Shown: piece by piece, positions 15,726-20,000 of the stretch
Numbering within the stretch: the stretch's first letter is position 1
How the letters are laid out: every line of letters begins with the position of its first letter
Source: an uncultured virus (IMG/VR IMGVR_UViG_3300009104_000003)
Lineage: Duplodnaviria; Heunggongvirae; Uroviricota; Caudoviricetes
Length of the DNA: 20,000 nucleotides
IMG/VR virus record: IMGVR_UViG_3300009104_000003
Reading direction: 5' to 3' (one strand)
Translations under genes and position numbers: made by a program
Notes under the pieces: generated by a model
Databases searched by the model: none
What the model was told of the DNA's origin: nothing
The model's input: only the letters and a program-made list of their open reading frames with translations

Positions 15726-15726
15726 T

Positions 15727-15954
15727 TTAATAGTCATAGCCCCAATCCTTGAAATGACCCTCACGCTCGTTATCTTCATAACCTTGATGATATTCTTTAA
15801 CTTGTTTTGGTGTCATAAATTCTTCTATGACCAAAGGATTTTTATATGTTCCATTTGGATAGAAATGAGGTTTTGCTAATCTCCTGTAATAAGAATCTGC
15901 TGTTCCTCGATCGTACGGGGATCCGTGAACTTGTTGTTCTATTTTAATAGCCAT
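15727..15954 (-). CDS. Hypothetical phage protein (HGSPYDRG.ADSYY.R family)
   Basis: ORF track; TAATG coupling and GAGGAG SD. Confidence 0.85.
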   Translation of the reverse strand: MAIKIEQQVHGSPYDRGTADSYYRRLAKPHFYPNGTYKNPLVIEEFMTPKQVKEYHQGYEDNEREGHFKDWGYDY

Positions 15955-16394
15955 TATGCTGTCTCCTCGTAAATTTCTTCAGTATACTGACGATTTTCTT
16001 GTTCACCGCCAGGTGCCATGTTATAAGTTGCAACTGACTGTCCGCGAGGACCTTTATATTGCTCAGTAGCAAAATAAGTTCCATCTTCGCGACGTGTGAT
16101 ACGTGTATCATATCTAACACCATCACCATAGCGATCTTCTTTCTGCCATCTTTCGAAATCAGAGCAATATCCATCTTCTTCAAGATGAACTGCGATAACG
16201 AATTCCTCGCTAGCCTCATTTTTGTAATTAATGAGATTAGTGAGTTCGTTTATCACATTTTTGTGATTAACGTCACCGGTTACTAAATAGGTTGACCCAC
16301 CTTTGGGCTTCCAATACTGAGGGCATTCGCCTTCGCCGTCCCAAGAATGGGCTCCGTAGTTCTCGCGGTATTGGGTATCAATTGCTAAAATCAT
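15954..16394 (-). CDS. Hypothetical early protein (TQY.ENYGAH.WDG.GECPQYWK.KGG family)
   Basis: First gene after an early promoter; RBS ATAAGGAGTTATAAATG. Confidence 0.88.
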   Translation of the reverse strand: MILAIDTQYRENYGAHSWDGEGECPQYWKPKGGSTYLVTGDVNHKNVINELTNLINYKNEASEEFVIAVHLEEDGYCSDFERWQKEDRYGDGVRYDTRITRREDGTYFATEQYKGPRGQSVATYNMAPGGEQENRQYTEEIYEETA

Positions 16395-16431
16395 TTATAA
16401 CTCCTTATGATTAATTTTGAATATGGGTACC

Positions 16432-16461
16432 ATTATACCACATTTTTGGCCCCTTGTAAAC
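16432..16461 (-). promoter_or_regulatory. T4-early-type sigma70 promoter
   Basis: GGGGTTTACA, then a 17-nt spacer ending TGTGG, then TATAAT, with phased A-tracts upstream. Confidence 0.9.
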
Positions 16462-16464
16462 CCC

Positions 16465-16506
16465 TTTTTTCAACTTTTTTCAACTTTTTTCGTAACAAAT
16501 CGTAAC
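16465..16506. repeat. 10-bp phased repeats (TTTTTTCAAC x2, TTTTTTCGTAAC, second CGTAAC) forming an UP element or bent DNA
   Basis: T6 tracts start at 16465, 16475 and 16485. CGTAACA occurs at 16491 and 16501. Confidence 0.75.
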
Positions 16507-16682
16507 AGTTTTGGCATAAGTTTATGCCCATTCTGCATATAAGGCCCCCAGAAAGGGCCCCATATAAACATAAAGGTCCCCCCGCGCAAACGCGCTTAGG
16601 CGCGCGCTACGGAGCTTAAAAAGGGTGTTTTAGGTGAAGAATTGGTAGGTTTCGCGACTAGTGCCCATATGCGTGCTTAGAA

Positions 16683-16805
16683 TCACACATAAGTCATTGA
16701 GCTTTTTAGTACTATCCCTAATAGGTAGCCACAAAAGAAAAATGCGGCTGCCCAGCCTGGATATTCTTTACAGAATTCCCAGATAGCGATCATATAATTT
16801 CTCAT
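16683..16805 (-). CDS. Small membrane protein, about 40 aa
   Basis: The ORF track start is 16898, but the SD GAGGT favours the ATG at 16805. One hydrophobic segment, WAAAFFFCGYLLGIVL. Confidence 0.65.
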   Translation of the reverse strand: MRNYMIAIWEFCKEYPGWAAAFFFCGYLLGIVLKSSMTYV

Positions 16806-16821
16806 TTCATTTACCTCACTC

Positions 16822-16851
16822 ATTATACTCATGTCCAAAATAATATTGCAA
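16822..16851 (-). promoter_or_regulatory. Possible sigma70 promoter (TTGCAA-18-TATAAT)
   Basis: Near-consensus hexamers just upstream of the small membrane gene. The 18-nt spacer is suboptimal. Confidence 0.45.
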
Positions 16852-16907
16852 AAAAAGCAAACCCGCCTATACCATAGACGAGTGTACCTATTAACCAAAC
16901 TGGTATC

Positions 16908-17360
16908 TTATTCAACATCATTTAATGGATTTTCTAGTATTTGTTCAATTCTATCTTCAAGTTCGTCTCGCATTTCACGTACATCATCATCCACTTCTCT
17001 GAAGCGATCTTGCATTTCTTGCTCCATTTCATATACGTCATTGCGAACTTCTCTCTGTGTCTCGGCAGTTGAATCTTCAACATCTCGAACTAAGTCTTGG
17101 ACTTTGTCAAGATCTTCTTTTACCTCATCAATATCAGCTCGTAATTCTTCTTTAATTACTTCTGATACTGATCTTAGGTTTTCAACCTCTGCCAATATTG
17201 TAGTAGGATTTAATTTTTGGAGTTTTCCTTCTGCTAACAAAAGTCTGTTATACAGTTCGAAACCTCCCCAGAGACCACCTACTAAGGTACCTATTAATGG
17301 CAGGATCATAAGCCATTTGCTTCCGCCTACCTTTATTCCTTGATATTCTACTTGTGCCAT
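16908..17360 (-). CDS. Protein with an N-terminal TM anchor and an acidic coiled coil
   Basis: Hydrophobic segment WLMILPLIGTLVGGLWGGFELY followed by a D/E/R-rich helical region. SD GGGAG. Confidence 0.85.
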   Translation of the reverse strand: MAQVEYQGIKVGGSKWLMILPLIGTLVGGLWGGFELYNRLLLAEGKLQKLNPTTILAEVENLRSVSEVIKEELRADIDEVKEDLDKVQDLVRDVEDSTAETQREVRNDVYEMEQEMQDRFREVDDDVREMRDELEDRIEQILENPLNDVE

Positions 17361-17363
17361 GTC

Positions 17364-20000
17364 TTACTCCCGGTTGTATTGCATATCTATCATTTTTTGT
17401 AATTTACCTTGGGTTTTACCCGCCATCATATAAAAGTTATATTGGTTATCATCTATCTTATTACTAGCATATAATGTTTTAGATCGATACCAATCTTCTT
17501 TATCGCTTAATTGTTCTTGTCCAGTATAATCTGAGAATCCAGCTTTATACCCTAAGAAAGCGACTGTTGCAGTTTGATCTGAATCAAAACCTCCACTTTG
17601 TTGTACATCTGATAATTGTGATTGGAGATTAGCTGCTGCTACCGCTGCACCTTGTCTATCCGCTAAGGATTCAACAGCTTCTGAAACCTGTTGTTCATCG
17701 ACTGTAGGTGGAGCAATATCAAACTTTGCAAAACTCGGTGCTGTATTACTTAGGAATTGTCCAATACTTTGTCCTGATCCTAATGCATCATCAAATGAAT
17801 CTTCAAAGTTTTGAGCTGCTACTCCAAAAGAGCTACCATCATCAAATGTAAATTCTTGTGTATCTGCTGTTTCTTCTTGTTGTTGCTCTGCAACTTCAAA
17901 CGCAGATATTACTGGTCCAGAATCAATTACTTCTGCTACCTGTATTTGTGTTTGTACTTGACCACTAACTTGTTCTTGTTGTTCTACTACAAATGTATCT
18001 CCAGTAGATTGTGTAATTTGTCCTCCACCAGAACTTGAGCTACCAGAAGAGAAACTATTACTATCAAAACTAGAACTTCCTCCACCAGTAGATCCATCAT
18101 CCAATTGTTCCTGAATTACTTCAGCAACTGTTTGTTGTTCTTCTTGTGTTCCACCAAAGTCAATTTCTGATATAGCTGCCTGTGTAGCTTGAGTAGAAGA
18201 ATTTGAATCTTGTGATACGGCTTGTTGTATTGTTTGTTGTTCTTGTTGTTGCTCTTGGGCAATCATTACAGTAATTTTTTCTTTCTCTTCTTCTTCCTCT
18301 TCTTCTCTTGTTCTCATCTCCGAATCATCTCCTTCAAAAAGTTCTTCTCTATCTTCTTCAAAAAATTCTTCTGCCTCTTCCTCGTTGATAAGTTCTTCTA
18401 ATTCTTCTTCATTAATTAGATCTTCAAGTGCTTCATCTTCGATTTCTAAAAATTCTTCCTCTAAGCTCTCATAAGCTTCTTCAAATTCTTCATAGACCTC
18501 TTCTTCTTGTGTTTCCATTGCATCTCTTTCATAATCTTCTAATACTTCTTCATAAACCTCTAATACTTCTTCTGGTGACCAATCTTCTTCTATAAAGATC
18601 TCAACACCAATAGCTTCTTCTAATATATAAAGATCATCTACATTTGCAGTTAAAACTTCTTCAAATGAAGTTTCTTGGAAAGATGATTCTTCAACAAATC
18701 CTTCCTCATCAAATGATACCTCTTCACCCCACCATTCATCAACTTGTTCTTGACCAAAGGTTTCTACCTCATAGTCATACCAATCTGCATCAGTTTCCAT
18801 ATTTGCAACAGTTTCAACAAAATACTCTACAGCTTCTTCTGTAAACATTTCAGCATATTCTTCTTCTGTTGCTAATTGCTCTAAATATGCCAGTTCTTCT
18901 TGATATTGTTCCTGTTCTATATCATATTGATCCATATTAGCATCCAATGCTGAAAAGAATTCTTCTTCTGTTGTTCCATATTGTTCAAAATCCATATAAC
19001 CTTCATCAGAGAATTGAACATCTTGTCCATACCATTCATCAACTTGTTCTTGGCCAAACTGCTCAATGTCTAATGCATACCAATCAGCATCTGTAAATCC
19101 TTCACAAGCATTTTGATAACAAGGGTCATTAGGGTCTAAGTATTCACCATATTCTTCATCATACCACATATCATCTTGAGTATAAGCATTTCCGTATTCA
19201 TCATATCCATATTCATCTTCATAACCATACATATCATCATTAGTTCCATAGATCGCATCATATAATGCTTCCTCTTGCGCTAGCGCGCTCGCGTACCCGT
19301 CGCACGAAGTAGAATAAAATACATCTAAATCACATTCATATATTAATAAAGCTGCTGCGTATCCTGTACAATCTTCATCATATAAAACATTCAAAGCACA
19401 TTGCTGAGCTAAATAAGCTGCTGCATAGCCTGTGCATTGTGTAGAGTACAAAGTATTCAAAGCACATTGTTGAGCTAAGTAAGCTGCTGCGTATCCTGAA
19501 CAATCTGTACTATATAAAGCATTAAGATCACACATTTGAGCTTCTGTTCCACCGAATAGTGAACCACCATTTTCTAAATCAGGCCCACCATAATCTGCAT
19601 ATTGTTCATCACATTGACTTGCACCATCTAAAAACATATCAAAAGTCTGACACCCACCTAAAGCTTGTGTATAATCATTATAGTATAGAAATGTTTTTGT
19701 ATCTGCTGGAGTAGTTGAGTGATTACCTTGTTCGCCTATAAGAACATCATGGTTAATAATATCTAATTCTCTATATCTGTATTCGTATGAATTATTATCA
19801 TAAAGGATTGCTTCAAAGCTATTACTTGAACTTCTATTATATTCTCTCATGTAATACCAACCAAAAACAACATAATCACCGAAGTCTTTAAATAACATCT
19901 TAGAAGTTTGTCCACCTGATGCTGTTCCTCTGATGTGATCAGTCCACATTGGATATAAAGTATAGTTTCGATAAGGTAAAGATTGTGGTGTGTAGTCTGA
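17364..20000 (-). CDS. Very large acidic protein, 5' end outside the window: NIDO-like beta domain, Cys repeats, Glu-rich linker, C-terminal domain
   Basis: The frame is open from 20000 (SDYTPQSLPYRNYTLYPMWTD...), so the true start is outside the window. LYPMWTD and FEAILY..YEYRY resemble nidogen-like extracellular domains. Confidence 0.85.
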   Translation of the reverse strand, partial: SDYTPQSLPYRNYTLYPMWTDHIRGTASGGQTSKMLFKDFGDYVVFGWYYMREYNRSSSNSFEAILYDNNSYEYRYRELDIINHDVLIGEQGNHSTTPADTKTFLYYNDYTQALGGCQTFDMFLDGASQCDEQYADYGGPDLENGGSLFGGTEAQMCDLNALYSTDCSGYAAAYLAQQCALNTLYSTQCTGYAAAYLAQQCALNVLYDEDCTGYAAALLIYECDLDVFYSTSCDGYASALAQEEALYDAIYGTNDDMYGYEDEYGYDEYGNAYTQDDMWYDEEYGEYLDPNDPCYQNACEGFTDADWYALDIEQFGQEQVDEWYGQDVQFSDEGYMDFEQYGTTEEEFFSALDANMDQYDIEQEQYQEELAYLEQLATEEEYAEMFTEEAVEYFVETVANMETDADWYDYEVETFGQEQVDEWWGEEVSFDEEGFVEESSFQETSFEEVLTANVDDLYILEEAIGVEIFIEEDWSPEEVLEVYEEVLEDYERDAMETQEEEVYEEFEEAYESLEEEFLEIEDEALEDLINEEELEELINEEEAEEFFEEDREELFEGDDSEMRTREEEEEEEKEKITVMIAQEQQQEQQTIQQAVSQDSNSSTQATQAAISEIDFGGTQEEQQTVAEVIQEQLDDGSTGGGSSSFDSNSFSSGSSSSGGGQITQSTGDTFVVEQQEQVSGQVQTQIQVAEVIDSGPVISAFEVAEQQQEETADTQEFTFDDGSSFGVAAQNFEDSFDDALGSGQSIGQFLSNTAPSFAKFDIAPPTVDEQQVSEAVESLADRQGAAVAAANLQSQLSDVQQSGGFDSDQTATVAFLGYKAGFSDYTGQEQLSDKEDWYRSKTLYASNKIDDNQYNFYMMAGKTQGKLQKMIDMQYNRE
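18695..19095 (-). repeat. Two copies, 300 nt apart, of TDADWY....E.FGQEQVDEW.G..V.F..EG
   Basis: The identical 22-mer ACCATTCATCAACTTGTTCTTG is at 18731 and 19031. Confidence 0.88.
19269..19532 (-). repeat. Four tandem 66-nt (22-aa) Cys repeats, C.Ln.lYs..C.GYAaA
   Basis: CDLNALYSTDCSGYAAAYLAQQ / CALNTLYSTQCTGYAAAYLAQQ / CALNVLYDEDCTGYAAALLIYE / CDLDVFYSTSCDGYASALAQEE. Confidence 0.92.

Noticed and set aside
15944..16286. 91-aa minus and 75-aa plus ORFs
   Set aside because: Nested in alternate frames of the 146-aa gene, which has the promoter and RBS.
16831..18844. 170-, 75- and 66-aa + strand ORFs
   Set aside because: Shadows produced by the low-complexity acidic genes on the minus strand.
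16465..19532. CRISPR array or DGR interpretation of the repeats
   Set aside because: The repeats are in-frame coding repeats or 10-bp tracts without spacers. There is no cas or reverse transcriptase gene, and I saw no adenine-specific variation.

Overview
This is an AT-rich fragment of a T4-like myovirus genome, with gene content and order resembling marine T4-like phages. From 1 to 9.96 kb is a late virion module: gp5 without a lysozyme domain, a gp27-like hub, gp53 and gp48 on the minus strand, then gp4, gp2, gp54-like, gp26, a short gp51-like ORF, a membrane protein and the tape measure protein on the plus strand, with TATAAATA late promoters. From 10.1 to 13.2 kb are gp32, gp59, gp33 and a conserved hypothetical gene. 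From 13.2 to 16.9 kb is a cluster of small early genes; three T4-early-type promoters (GTTTACA-17-TATAAT) serve this cluster and gp32. From 16.9 to 20 kb are a TM/coiled-coil gene and a very large acidic, Cys-repeat protein that runs off the window. The most notable observations are: (1) a probable programmed -1 frameshift joining gp26 to the gp51-like ORF upstream of the tape measure gene, like lambda G/GT; (2) a GC-rich three-way-junction RNA abutting a terminator at 14.12-14.23 kb; (3) a hairpin at 13.35 kb whose loop matches the ribosome-binding site of two early genes; (4) several unannotated, translationally coupled micro-ORFs. All family assignments come from motif recall and synteny; no searches were run.
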